Assembly (NCBI GenBank): GCA_902623255.1
Contig: CACNSY010000001.1
Location: forward strand, 152,328 to 216,327
From: an uncultured Alphaproteobacteria bacterium
GTDB taxonomy: Bacteria; Pseudomonadota; Alphaproteobacteria; HIMB59; GCA-002718135
Length of the DNA stretch: 64,000 nt
Reading direction: 5' to 3'
In this document: positions 33,991-43,554 of the stretch, piece after piece
How positions within the stretch are numbered: the stretch's first letter is position 1
How the letters are laid out: the number at the start of each line of letters is the position of its first letter
The notes under the pieces: model-generated
Told to the model about the DNA's origin: nothing
Seen by the model: the letters and a program-made list of their open reading frames with translations, nothing else
The model's database searches: none
Translations under genes and position numbers: made by a program

Positions 33991-34967
33991 CGATGATGAA
34001 CATCATCAAAAAAATATTTTGTGTAAACACTATTGATTTCATTCATTAAGGATGAAATTTCATTTAATTCTGATGCAGAAGTATTCAAACCTACGTGATC
34101 TTTATTTTTAGCGCCAGGAATAACAATACTTACTGCATCATGCATTAAAATCCATTTCAGTGACAATTGAGACAATGTAATCCCTTCTGGTAATATATTT
34201 TTTAACTCATCAACAGCTTCTAATGCTTTATTAAAATTTACCCCAGAAAATGTTTCACCTACATCAAACGCATCTCCATTAATATTGTAATTACGATGAT
34301 CATCAGGAGCAAATGAGGAATCTTTATTAAATTTTCCAGTTAATAATCCACTTGCAAGGGGTACTCTCACAATAATTGCAACTTTTTTTTCTTTTGCAAT
34401 TTTAAATAATTTTTCAGCAGGTTTTTGTCTGAAAATATTGAATATAACCTGAATAGATTTTGTATTTGGTCGTTTGATGCATTCAAGAGCCTCGTCAACT
34501 GTTTGAACACTAAAACCATAATTTTGAATTTTACCTTTACTCACTAAATAATCTAACATTTCGAATGTGTTGTCAGATGAATACACTTCTGTTGGAGGAC
34601 AATGCATTTGTAAAAGATCAATTGTTTCAACATTAAGGTTTGATAAAGATTGATTTACATAAGATTCCATTAAATCTTTATCATAGTATCCCTTTGCAAC
34701 ATGGGGGTTGATTTGTCTTCCAGCTTTTGTTGCTACATAAATTCTTTCAGATACTGATTTAAGGAACTCGCCTACAAATTTTTCACTTCTGCCCATTCCG
34801 TAAACATCAGCGGTATCGAAGAAGTTTACACCATTTTCATACGATGATTTTAAAATTTCTTGAGCGCTGTCTTCAGTTACATTCCCCCAATCAGCTCCTA
34901 TTTGCCAACAACCTAAACCAACTTCGGAAACATTCCAATCCAGTGAGCCAAATTTTCTATATTTCAT
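33984..34967 (-). CDS. Aldo/keto reductase
   Basis: GLGCWQIG, FFDTADVYG, YVATK, IDLLQMH, PLASGLLTGK. Confidence 0.93.
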   Translation of the reverse strand: MKYRKFGSLDWNVSEVGLGCWQIGADWGNVTEDSAQEILKSSYENGVNFFDTADVYGMGRSEKFVGEFLKSVSERIYVATKAGRQINPHVAKGYYDKDLMESYVNQSLSNLNVETIDLLQMHCPPTEVYSSDNTFEMLDYLVSKGKIQNYGFSVQTVDEALECIKRPNTKSIQVIFNIFRQKPAEKLFKIAKEKKVAIIVRVPLASGLLTGKFNKDSSFAPDDHRNYNINGDAFDVGETFSGVNFNKALEAVDELKNILPEGITLSQLSLKWILMHDAVSIVIPGAKNKDHVGLNTSASELNEISSLMNEINSVYTKYFFDDVHHRW

Positions 34968-34970
34968 TAT

Positions 34971-37130
34971 TTATTCTACAATGACTTCATCGGTCACCAT
35001 AGTTCCATCTTCAACAATTAATCCCATAGCTCCATTTTCAAGCACATCCGAATTATCAGTGAACTCTAAAACAACTTTATTATCAAGATAACCAGATAAT
35101 TTATTATCCTCAACTTTAAGCGATAATTTATAATCTTTATAATATTCAAGATCAAAATCTATTTCTTTCAACACTTTTGGCTCATTAATTACTTTTATTA
35201 ATTGAAGTTTATTTGATGCATTAATCACTAAACCATAATATCTATTTAATCCTTGCACTCTTACAGCAAGACCGCCTGTTTTTACTCGCTGAATTGCAAT
35301 ATCGGAAGTAACCTTATAGTTTTTCCATAAATCAGTTCCTGTAATTAACATTCCTCTACCACTATCTTTACACACTCTAAAAGTTCTCTCTCCACTATCC
35401 CATTTATCTAGAGCATCGACCCAACTAGCTTTCCACATTTTAGCATTTGAAAATTTAACACCCCTTTTATGTTTTCCAATGTGGTTAGGTTTAGAAAATT
35501 TACAATTTGGCTCACCCGTGAAAGTTAAATAATTTAAAATTAAACTGCCAGAATTTGCTTCATCTGATTCTATAGAAAAACCAACTTGTGTAATAGGATT
35601 GCCTTCTGTTGAAGGAATTTTCCATTTAAGTTTTTGTGATTTATCAGGAAAAAGCACAACGCTATCAGAATTTATTCTTTCGTAATTATCCTCTTCTCCA
35701 AAAACATTGATAAAACAAGTAACCGTTATTGGTTTTTGAGAATTCGACTTAAAAATGATTTCGCTTTCTATATTTTGTCCTGAATATAAAAGTGGACAGG
35801 AAATAAAGTTATAACTTTGAAAAAATCTTTCTCTTGCAGAGCCTGTCAACTCATACAATTCCTGAGGAAAAAAAGTATCAACAACAGCCTCAGAACAAAC
35901 ACCAGGCGCAACTCTGTCAAATTTAATTTCTAATGCTCTTTTTCCTATACTACTCTCATACTCTGTATTTTGGACAATAGTTGAAATATTTTTGTTATTT
36001 TTAAAACTTGATCTCCAACCTTGAACGGAACCAGGCATTTCAAAATGAAATCTTGAACCATTTTTAGGCTCAACAGTTTCTTCTTTATTCATTTTTTTAG
36101 CAGTATTAATAACCTTATAAGCTTCTGTTAAGGCATCAGTTTGTGTTTCACCTCCGTTAGCAGTCGGACAATACATTCTATCTTGTATAGGTGTTAAATA
36201 ATCTGGACCATTCCTTAAGCCTTCAAGACCATTTTTAATACCCATAATGCAACCAACGTTACCAGAATTACAATCAGTGTCATGACCAGCGGTATTTACT
36301 ATCATAAGAGTTTTTTGAAGATCATCATCACCAAATAATAGTGACAGTATAATTATTGCATGGTTAGGTATCATATGACATCCACCAAGATATTTATCAT
36401 ATCCATATGTTTCAGCTTGAAATTCTCTTGCCTGCATCCAATCATTATTACCAGCTCTCATATTTTGAAGTTCACCTATCAGTTTATAAATAAGAGAACT
36501 ATTTGGGATATATTTTTTTGACTCATCAATAATTTTGTTAATATCAGTCTCAACAAATGCTAGTGACTCCATAGCTGCAACCATCTGAGCACCATAGATT
36601 GCTTCCCCGTCATGACTGACACTTCCTGCTCTTCTTGCAAGATCTGCTGCTTTTTCTGGATCACCAGGAGTGACTAAAGCCCAACCGTCAATAAATATTT
36701 GCGCACCTATTTGTTCCGCAACTACTTTACCATTTGTTTCTATTGATCCACTCATAGGAGCTTCTATTCCAGCTTTTAAATTTTGATATGCGGTATCTTC
36801 AGCTGAATGACCTCTTCCTCCCCACCATAAAACTGTTTTGTTCTCAATTAAATTATTTAGCCAAGACTGACCAATTTGTTTTGGACTTATATTAGGGTCA
36901 TAATTATTTTCTCTTAGAGCGCGAAGAAATGTAAATGTTCCAGTTATATCATCGTCAGTTACAACTAATGGAACATTTAATTGCTCATTAACATAGTAAT
37001 TTATTTCACCTAGCTCTTCCATGATCCTTTCATGTGACCACTGCTCAAAAGGACGGCCTAAATACACACCAATTAATTTACCGAGCACTCCAGCGTATAC
37101 TTTTTCTTCATAAATCTTATCTAATTTCAT
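34971..37130 (-). CDS. ADP-ribosylglycohydrolase-family protein with C-terminal beta-sandwich domains (paralog B)
   Basis: YAGVLGKLIGV.LG.PFE, TDDD, SHDGE, DTDCNSGNVG acidic metal-binding motifs; ~380-aa C-terminal extension. Confidence 0.85.
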   Translation of the reverse strand: MKLDKIYEEKVYAGVLGKLIGVYLGRPFEQWSHERIMEELGEINYYVNEQLNVPLVVTDDDITGTFTFLRALRENNYDPNISPKQIGQSWLNNLIENKTVLWWGGRGHSAEDTAYQNLKAGIEAPMSGSIETNGKVVAEQIGAQIFIDGWALVTPGDPEKAADLARRAGSVSHDGEAIYGAQMVAAMESLAFVETDINKIIDESKKYIPNSSLIYKLIGELQNMRAGNNDWMQAREFQAETYGYDKYLGGCHMIPNHAIIILSLLFGDDDLQKTLMIVNTAGHDTDCNSGNVGCIMGIKNGLEGLRNGPDYLTPIQDRMYCPTANGGETQTDALTEAYKVINTAKKMNKEETVEPKNGSRFHFEMPGSVQGWRSSFKNNKNISTIVQNTEYESSIGKRALEIKFDRVAPGVCSEAVVDTFFPQELYELTGSARERFFQSYNFISCPLLYSGQNIESEIIFKSNSQKPITVTCFINVFGEEDNYERINSDSVVLFPDKSQKLKWKIPSTEGNPITQVGFSIESDEANSGSLILNYLTFTGEPNCKFSKPNHIGKHKRGVKFSNAKMWKASWVDALDKWDSGERTFRVCKDSGRGMLITGTDLWKNYKVTSDIAIQRVKTGGLAVRVQGLNRYYGLVINASNKLQLIKVINEPKVLKEIDFDLEYYKDYKLSLKVEDNKLSGYLDNKVVLEFTDNSDVLENGAMGLIVEDGTMVTDEVIVE

Positions 37131-37154
37131 AACCCATCCTTTTTAAATTAAAAT

Positions 37155-39317
37155 TTATTCAATTGAAATTGATTCACTCTGAATAGCTCCATTTTCAGTT
37201 ATGAAACCAATCATCCCTTGTTCAAATGAATTTTCATTATCTTCAACCTCAATCATTAATTTATCATCAATAAAACCTTGTAAATGATTACCTTTAACTT
37301 TGAATTGTAAATTGTAATCTTTAAAAAATTCTAAATCAAAATCTATTTCTTTTAGAGTTTTTAATTCATACTCCATTTTATTTATTTTTAATTTTTTGTC
37401 AGAAGTGAGCTCAAGAGAGTAATATCTTTTTAAGCCTTGAGATCTTAGTATCAGACCAGCAGCAGATGCGAGTGGAATGGATATCTTTGATGAGATTGTA
37501 TAATCTTTCCATGTCTCACTTCCAGTCATAATGTGACCCCTTCCAATACCTCTTACAATTTTAAAAGCTTCTTGCCATCTAAATTGCCATTTATCTACAT
37601 CATTCACCCAAGCCCTTTTCCATAATTGACCGTAAGGCTGTTCTTTATAAAAAATACCTCTTGTATATTCATCAATGTGATCAGGTCTTTTGAATGTCAT
37701 TTTAGGTGTTCCAGAAATATCTAAATAATTCATTAGAATTTTGCCATTATTATTATTATCTGAGTTAATACTAATACCAATCTGACCAATTGGATTTGAT
37801 AAAGTATCAGGTACAATCCATTCTATAATTTTATTTTCTTTATTCTTAATATTAAAATCATCAGATGATACTTTAATGAGCTTATCATCAGCACCCCAAT
37901 ATTTGATAAATAAATTAATTTTTAAATCTTTATCAGTATCTGAGATCAATTCTGTCTTAATTTTTTGACCGCTATATACGGTTGGACAAGCTACATAATC
38001 ATAATGAAAATATCTTTGGAATTGATAACCTTCTAACCTTGTAAACCATTCAGGAAAAAAACTTTCTACATAAATTTCACTTGATAAACCAAAAGATAAG
38101 TCAGTAAAATTTATCTCTAGCGCTCTCTGTCCAATATTTGATTTATAATCAACATTTGAAATTTTAGTGTTTAAATTATTATCATTTGATTTATCTACCA
38201 TCCAACCTTGTGTCGATGTTTCCATTTCAAAATTATATCTTGCGTTATTTTTTATAGACTTACTTTCTAGTCCATTCATTCTTCTCGTAATATTAATAAT
38301 ATTCTGACTTTCTATTAAGGCATCGGTCATTGTTTCCGAGCCATATGCGGTAGGTAGATATATTATATCGTTAACAGGCGTAATATAGTCTGGACCATCT
38401 TTAATACCTTCTAGGCCATTTTTGATTCCTAAAATACATCCAACATTACCAGAGTTACAATCAGTATCCCAGCCAGCAGTATTTACAATCATTAAAGATT
38501 TTTGAAAATTATCATCACCAAAAAGTAGTGCGAGAATAATTAAAGCATGATTGGGAACGATATGACAATTACCTGGAAATTTAGCATAACCATATTTATC
38601 TTCAATTTTAGTTCTTGCTTGCTCCCAGTCTAAATTACTTGAACTCCAATCTTGAATATCAGAAATAAGTTTGTAAATTGTCGAGTCAGAAGGAACAAAC
38701 TTTTTACTTTTTTCAATTATTTTTTTAATATCATTTTCAATAAAAGAATATGCTTCCATTGCAGCTACCACTTGAGCACCGTAAACAGATTCACCATCAT
38801 GACTTACACTGCCAGCTTTTTTTGCTAATTCAACTGCTTGCTCAGGATCTCCTGGCGAAACCATTCCCCATCCATCAATAAATATTTGAGCACCTATTTG
38901 CTCAGCAATTACTTTTCCATTCATTTTAATAGAACCACTTTCAGGAGCATGAATACCTTGTTTCAAATTCATGTAAGCACTTTCTTCAGTTAAGATTCCT
39001 TTTCCAGCCCATGCAAGAACAGTTTGGTTTTCTAAACAATAATTTAACCAGGTTTGACCAATTTGTTTTGCGGTAATATTTTTATCAAAATTAAAATGCT
39101 TCAAAGCATTAATAAATCTAAATGTTCCTGTTAAATCATCATCTGTTACATGAATGGGAAAATCTAATTTATCATTTACATAGTAATTAATAGGACCAAG
39201 TTCTTTCATTATTCTGTCGTAATACCAACCTTCAAAAGGACGGCCTAAGTAAACGCCAATGATTTTTCCTAATACACCTGCGTATACTTTATCTTCAAAA
39301 GTCTTGTTAAGGTCCAT
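37155..39317 (-). CDS. ADP-ribosylglycohydrolase-family protein with C-terminal beta-sandwich domains (paralog A)
   Basis: YAGVLGKIIGV.LG.PFE, TDDD, SHDGE, GWDTDCNSGNVG; colinear with the neighbouring paralog. Confidence 0.85.
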   Translation of the reverse strand: MDLNKTFEDKVYAGVLGKIIGVYLGRPFEGWYYDRIMKELGPINYYVNDKLDFPIHVTDDDLTGTFRFINALKHFNFDKNITAKQIGQTWLNYCLENQTVLAWAGKGILTEESAYMNLKQGIHAPESGSIKMNGKVIAEQIGAQIFIDGWGMVSPGDPEQAVELAKKAGSVSHDGESVYGAQVVAAMEAYSFIENDIKKIIEKSKKFVPSDSTIYKLISDIQDWSSSNLDWEQARTKIEDKYGYAKFPGNCHIVPNHALIILALLFGDDNFQKSLMIVNTAGWDTDCNSGNVGCILGIKNGLEGIKDGPDYITPVNDIIYLPTAYGSETMTDALIESQNIINITRRMNGLESKSIKNNARYNFEMETSTQGWMVDKSNDNNLNTKISNVDYKSNIGQRALEINFTDLSFGLSSEIYVESFFPEWFTRLEGYQFQRYFHYDYVACPTVYSGQKIKTELISDTDKDLKINLFIKYWGADDKLIKVSSDDFNIKNKENKIIEWIVPDTLSNPIGQIGISINSDNNNNGKILMNYLDISGTPKMTFKRPDHIDEYTRGIFYKEQPYGQLWKRAWVNDVDKWQFRWQEAFKIVRGIGRGHIMTGSETWKDYTISSKISIPLASAAGLILRSQGLKRYYSLELTSDKKLKINKMEYELKTLKEIDFDLEFFKDYNLQFKVKGNHLQGFIDDKLMIEVEDNENSFEQGMIGFITENGAIQSESISIE

Positions 39318-39339
39318 TTAATTACTCCCGTTTTAAATA

Positions 39340-40182
39340 TTAACCTTTAGTTGCTCCACTCGTTAAACCAGCGATAAACCTTCTTTGGAAAAACATAAAT
39401 AAAATAGCAATTGGTGCAGCCATTAAAATTGAAGCTGCGCTTACCAATCCATAATCATTTGCAAATCTACTTTGGAATGTAAACAAAATTGATGAAATAG
39501 GTTTGTACTCATCAGTAATAATAAAAGTAATAGCAAATAAAAACTCATTCCAAACTGTTAATGACACAATAAGCGCTGTTGTTAAAAAAACTGGCCAAGA
39601 TAAAGGTAGGGCAACCCTTGTAAACAATTGCATAACAGATGCCCCATCTAGTTTAGCAGCTTCAAATAGTTCTGTAGGTAGTTGCAACATATATGATCGA
39701 ATTAAGAAAGTTGCGAAAGGGGCATTTAAGGCGCTATAAATAATAACTAAACCAATCCTTGTGTCTAGGAGATATAAACTTTTCCACATTAAAAATAATG
39801 GTAAAATAAATAATTGAGCAGGAATACTTATTCCAACTAAAAGGTATAAGCCAACAACAATTGTTTGAATTCCTCTTGGGTTTAAAATTGCCAAACTGAA
39901 AGCAGCAAGGCCTGAAACAGTCAAATTTAATATCAATGTCCCGATAACCAAAGTAAGTGAATTCATAAATATTTGAGTGTAATTTCCATTTACCCAAGCA
40001 TCATAATAATTCATCAATCTTATTTCATTTGGAAAACCTAAAGGATTTGCTCCAAATTCAGAAGATGGTTTTATAGAATTAAAAGCTAAAACTAGTAATG
40101 GTAAAATAATTGTTAAAGCCATAAAAATCAAAATGGCGTGATTTATATAGCTAGATCTTTGTCTAAATCTTGCAGTTGCCAT
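39340..40182 (-). CDS. Carbohydrate ABC permease (MalG-like)
   Basis: LPTELFEAAKLDGA EAA loop, WNEF. Confidence 0.92.
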   Translation of the reverse strand: MATARFRQRSSYINHAILIFMALTIILPLLVLAFNSIKPSSEFGANPLGFPNEIRLMNYYDAWVNGNYTQIFMNSLTLVIGTLILNLTVSGLAAFSLAILNPRGIQTIVVGLYLLVGISIPAQLFILPLFLMWKSLYLLDTRIGLVIIYSALNAPFATFLIRSYMLQLPTELFEAAKLDGASVMQLFTRVALPLSWPVFLTTALIVSLTVWNEFLFAITFIITDEYKPISSILFTFQSRFANDYGLVSAASILMAAPIAILFMFFQRRFIAGLTSGATKG

Positions 40183-40190
40183 TTATAATT

Positions 40191-41069
40191 TTATACCTCC
40201 CAACCCATCCGCCTTAAAATTGCAAAAAAACCAACTATAATACCGACATAGAAGAACATCATAACACCTATAGTAGACGCGTAACCAACATTCATTCGTT
40301 GAAAGGCTTGAGAGTACAGATGATTTGCTACAACTTCAGAACTGTATGCTGGCCCACCCATTGTTAAAATGTATACATAATCAAATGTTGGGACAGACCA
40401 GATAATGATAATTATTAAAGATAAAACAAAAATTGGGCGTATCATTGGTAAAGTAATGTATCTAAATTTTTGAAATTTTGTTGCTCCTTCAATATCTGCT
40501 GCTTCATAAAGAGAATCATCAACTTGATACATTCCAGTTAAATAAATAATAACTAAGAAGCCCCAGAAGTGCCACATATCTACCCAGGCAACAGCGTATA
40601 AAGCAGTCTCTTTCATTGCAAAAGGTGACTTAGCAAGAAAATCAATACCTTGATTCTCAAACCAACCACCTAAACCATGTCTTGGATGGAATATGTATCT
40701 CCAAATCAAACAGTTAACGATACTGGCTAAAATATATGGAAAAAAATATACTAGCCTATAAAAAAGTTGTCCTCTTTTTATTCCAGTTAAAAGATAGGCT
40801 ATAATAAGTGCTACTATTACTGGTATTGTTAAGAACATTACTGTCCAAATTATGTTGTGTTTAACTGCTTTCTTGAAAACACGGTCTCTAAATAATTCTT
40901 GAAAGTTTTCTAATCCAACGTAATTTATTCTGCCAAAACCATTCCAGTCCGTTAAACATAACAATAAACTTAGTACCGATGGAAACATCACCACAAAGAA
41001 ATGAATAAATATTACTGGAAATAAAAAGTACCAGGAAATTGCATTTATACTTGTTAAAAATTTTGGCAT
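40191..41069 (-). CDS. Carbohydrate ABC permease (MalF-like)
   Basis: VGLENF, LYEAADIEGA, ITLPMIRP, TMGGP. Confidence 0.92.
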   Translation of the reverse strand: MPKFLTSINAISWYFLFPVIFIHFFVVMFPSVLSLLLCLTDWNGFGRINYVGLENFQELFRDRVFKKAVKHNIIWTVMFLTIPVIVALIIAYLLTGIKRGQLFYRLVYFFPYILASIVNCLIWRYIFHPRHGLGGWFENQGIDFLAKSPFAMKETALYAVAWVDMWHFWGFLVIIYLTGMYQVDDSLYEAADIEGATKFQKFRYITLPMIRPIFVLSLIIIIIWSVPTFDYVYILTMGGPAYSSEVVANHLYSQAFQRMNVGYASTIGVMMFFYVGIIVGFFAILRRMGWEV

Positions 41070-41084
41070 AATTTTATTATTTTT

Positions 41085-41111
41085 AATAAGGGGAAAATAT
41101 TTCCCCTTATT
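41085..41111 (-). terminator. Hairpin between SBP and permease (attenuator/mRNA stabiliser)
   Basis: AATAAGGGGA-N7-TCCCCTTATT. Confidence 0.6.
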
Positions 41112-41123
41112 TAAATTTATAAA

Positions 41124-42452
41124 TTATCTTTTTCCAACTGGAACTAATGCATCGTCTGCACGAGCTTGATCCCAAAGTCTTTGAGATTCTTCCATGAATT
41201 CAAGTGGAGTAATATCTCCAGCCCAAACCACTTCCATGTCTTTCCAAATATGAACACCTGGATCATTCGGATAGAACGTCCATGTTGTATATCCATAGTT
41301 TCCAGAATCAGAAGCTTCTGCGAATTCAGTTAAGAATCTTTTTTGTCTTGGATCAATATTAGGATCAAAGTCAGCATCAGTGTATTTTAGTGGTAACAAC
41401 CAAGCGCCATAACCTAAACTACCAGTAACTTTAAGAGCTCTTTCTTTATCAGAAAGAATCCAATCAATTACTTTTGCAGCTCCATCAGCATTTTTAGATG
41501 CTGCATTAATGGACATTGTTCCACCTGTTGCAAGTTGGTAATTAGGAGCACTTCCTGCCTGTGAATTCAGAATCGGTAAAGGATTCCAATCCCAATCATC
41601 AGAAGTTTCTCCAAAATTCGTTGCCGTTACATTGAAACCCCAAGTTCCAATCATGAGCATCGCAGAACCTCTAGTAGCAAACTCGTTATTAAAATCATCC
41701 CAATCTAAAGAATAATATGTCTCTAAATCCCCAGACCAATAACCTTCATCTACCATGTGTTTTCTTAAAAGTTCAATTGCTTCTACAAACTCTGGATCAG
41801 TCCACTTTTTTTCACCAATTAATGCTTTATAGACATTATCTGGTCCAGCATAAGTGTTGAAATAGTTTCCTACTAAATGTTCGTGAGTTGGCTGCCATCC
41901 AGCAGAACCATACGCGTAAACATTCATTCCCTTAGCTTTAATTTTAGCAGCTAAAGATTCAACTTCTTCTAAATTATTTGGCGTACTCCATCCATTTTCT
42001 TCAAACAAAGTTTTATTATAAAAATAAATCATTGTTTCATAGTTTTTTGGAATTGAATATAATTCACCATCAAATACTCCTGAGTTGTAAGCCCAACCTA
42101 GAAGTTTATCTTGCCAACCATATTGATCAGCATACTCTTGCATAGATTTAACAAGACCTGCATCTTGGTAAATTTTTATGTAAGAAGCACCAGGTGTATC
42201 AAACATGTCCGGTCCACTTCCAGATAAAAGAGCTGGTCTGATAGTATCATTAATGTCTTCTTTGAATACACATTCTAATTCTACTTCATCTTGTTCAGCA
42301 TTAAAAGCATCACACATCATTTCTTGAACTGTAGGGTCAGTATCTGCACTACTTTCCATCCACCAAACTACTTTAGTGGCAGCAAATGTTGAAGTTGCGA
42401 AAAAAGCTGTAAGAATAAAAGTTAAAAAAATATTTAAAATTTTATTCATCAT
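41124..42452 (-). CDS. Carbohydrate ABC substrate-binding protein
   Basis: Signal peptide ending TFA-A, GSGPDMF, YSIP, YNKTLFE; GGAGG RBS. Confidence 0.9.
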   Translation of the reverse strand: MMNKILNIFLTFILTAFFATSTFAATKVVWWMESSADTDPTVQEMMCDAFNAEQDEVELECVFKEDINDTIRPALLSGSGPDMFDTPGASYIKIYQDAGLVKSMQEYADQYGWQDKLLGWAYNSGVFDGELYSIPKNYETMIYFYNKTLFEENGWSTPNNLEEVESLAAKIKAKGMNVYAYGSAGWQPTHEHLVGNYFNTYAGPDNVYKALIGEKKWTDPEFVEAIELLRKHMVDEGYWSGDLETYYSLDWDDFNNEFATRGSAMLMIGTWGFNVTATNFGETSDDWDWNPLPILNSQAGSAPNYQLATGGTMSINAASKNADGAAKVIDWILSDKERALKVTGSLGYGAWLLPLKYTDADFDPNIDPRQKRFLTEFAEASDSGNYGYTTWTFYPNDPGVHIWKDMEVVWAGDITPLEFMEESQRLWDQARADDALVPVGKR

Positions 42453-42758
42453 TTCCTCCATATATAAGAAATTTATACTACAAATAGAAACCCTGTAAAT
42501 CTATTTATGAAATATTTTGACCCAAAAAAACGAAGAAAATTAGGAATTGCGACAAAAAATTAATCTAAAGCATAAAAATCATTTGCTCCCTAATTAAACT
42601 TAAAAAATAGTTAAAAGAAAAATAAAAAATAACTATTAAAAAAATTGCTATTAAAGACCAAATTATAAATTTTATCATTTTATAGTTTTTATAAATTAAA
42701 TAATGTTTAAGGATAGTAATAATATAATATAAATTATAAGTATATTCTAATCATAATT

Positions 42759-43547
42759 ATGAAAAACAAATTATTTGATATTTGGAAAAAAGATAAAGCA
42801 TCTATCAATGCGTGGCTTTCTATACCTAATTCTTTTACGGCAGAAGCCTTTGGTAAAATGGGTTGGGATTCAGTAACCATCGATATGCAGCATGGCCAGA
42901 ATGATTATTCAAGTTCAATTGCAATGATACAAGGTTTAACAAATAGTGATACTGTACCTATGACAAGAGTTCCATGGAACGAGCCAGGTATAATTATGAA
43001 AATGTTAGATTTAGGTATTCAAGGAATTATTGCGCCAATGATTAATACTAAAGAGGACTGTGAAAAATTTGTTTCATATTGTTATTATCCTCCCATAGGT
43101 CAAAGAAGTTTTGGCCCTATGAGAGCTCAAGTAGTTTATGGTTCAGATTACTATCAACACGCAAATGATAATATTGTAAGTTTAGCAATGATCGAAACAA
43201 AACAAGCAGTGGAGAACCTAGATGCCATTCTCTCGGTTCCAAACTTGACTGGTATTTATATTGGGCCTGCGGATATGAGTTCTTCTTACGGTTTACCACC
43301 TAAATTTGATGTTCGTGAAGATCCGGTATTCTCAAACATTAAAATGATTGCAAAAAAAACAAAAGAAAAGGGAAAGATTGCTGGTATTCATAATGGATCA
43401 GTAAAGTATATGAAAGAAATGATGGAATACGGTTTTCAATTTACCACCTTACTTTCTGATTTTAGAATGATGACATCACATGCTGAAAGTTTATTAAAAG
43501 AATTGAAAGATGTAAATACTAAGTCTGATAATACTAGCGCGTATTAA
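42759..43547 (+). CDS. HpcH/HpaI-family class II aldolase
   Basis: IDMQHG, RVPWNEP, LDLG..GIIAPM, YPPIGQRS, MIET, YIGPADM. Confidence 0.9.
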   Translation: MKNKLFDIWKKDKASINAWLSIPNSFTAEAFGKMGWDSVTIDMQHGQNDYSSSIAMIQGLTNSDTVPMTRVPWNEPGIIMKMLDLGIQGIIAPMINTKEDCEKFVSYCYYPPIGQRSFGPMRAQVVYGSDYYQHANDNIVSLAMIETKQAVENLDAILSVPNLTGIYIGPADMSSSYGLPPKFDVREDPVFSNIKMIAKKTKEKGKIAGIHNGSVKYMKEMMEYGFQFTTLLSDFRMMTSHAESLLKELKDVNTKSDNTSAY

Positions 43548-43554
43548 TAGTCGC

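Noticed and set aside
34971-39317. ARH pair as a DraG/DraT switch, toxin-antitoxin or anti-phage system
   Set aside because: No ADP-ribosyltransferase, nif or toxin gene nearby; context is purely uptake and catabolism
42462-42758. Long AT-rich divergent promoter region
   Set aside because: No convincing operator palindrome, ORF or RNA structure identified by eye
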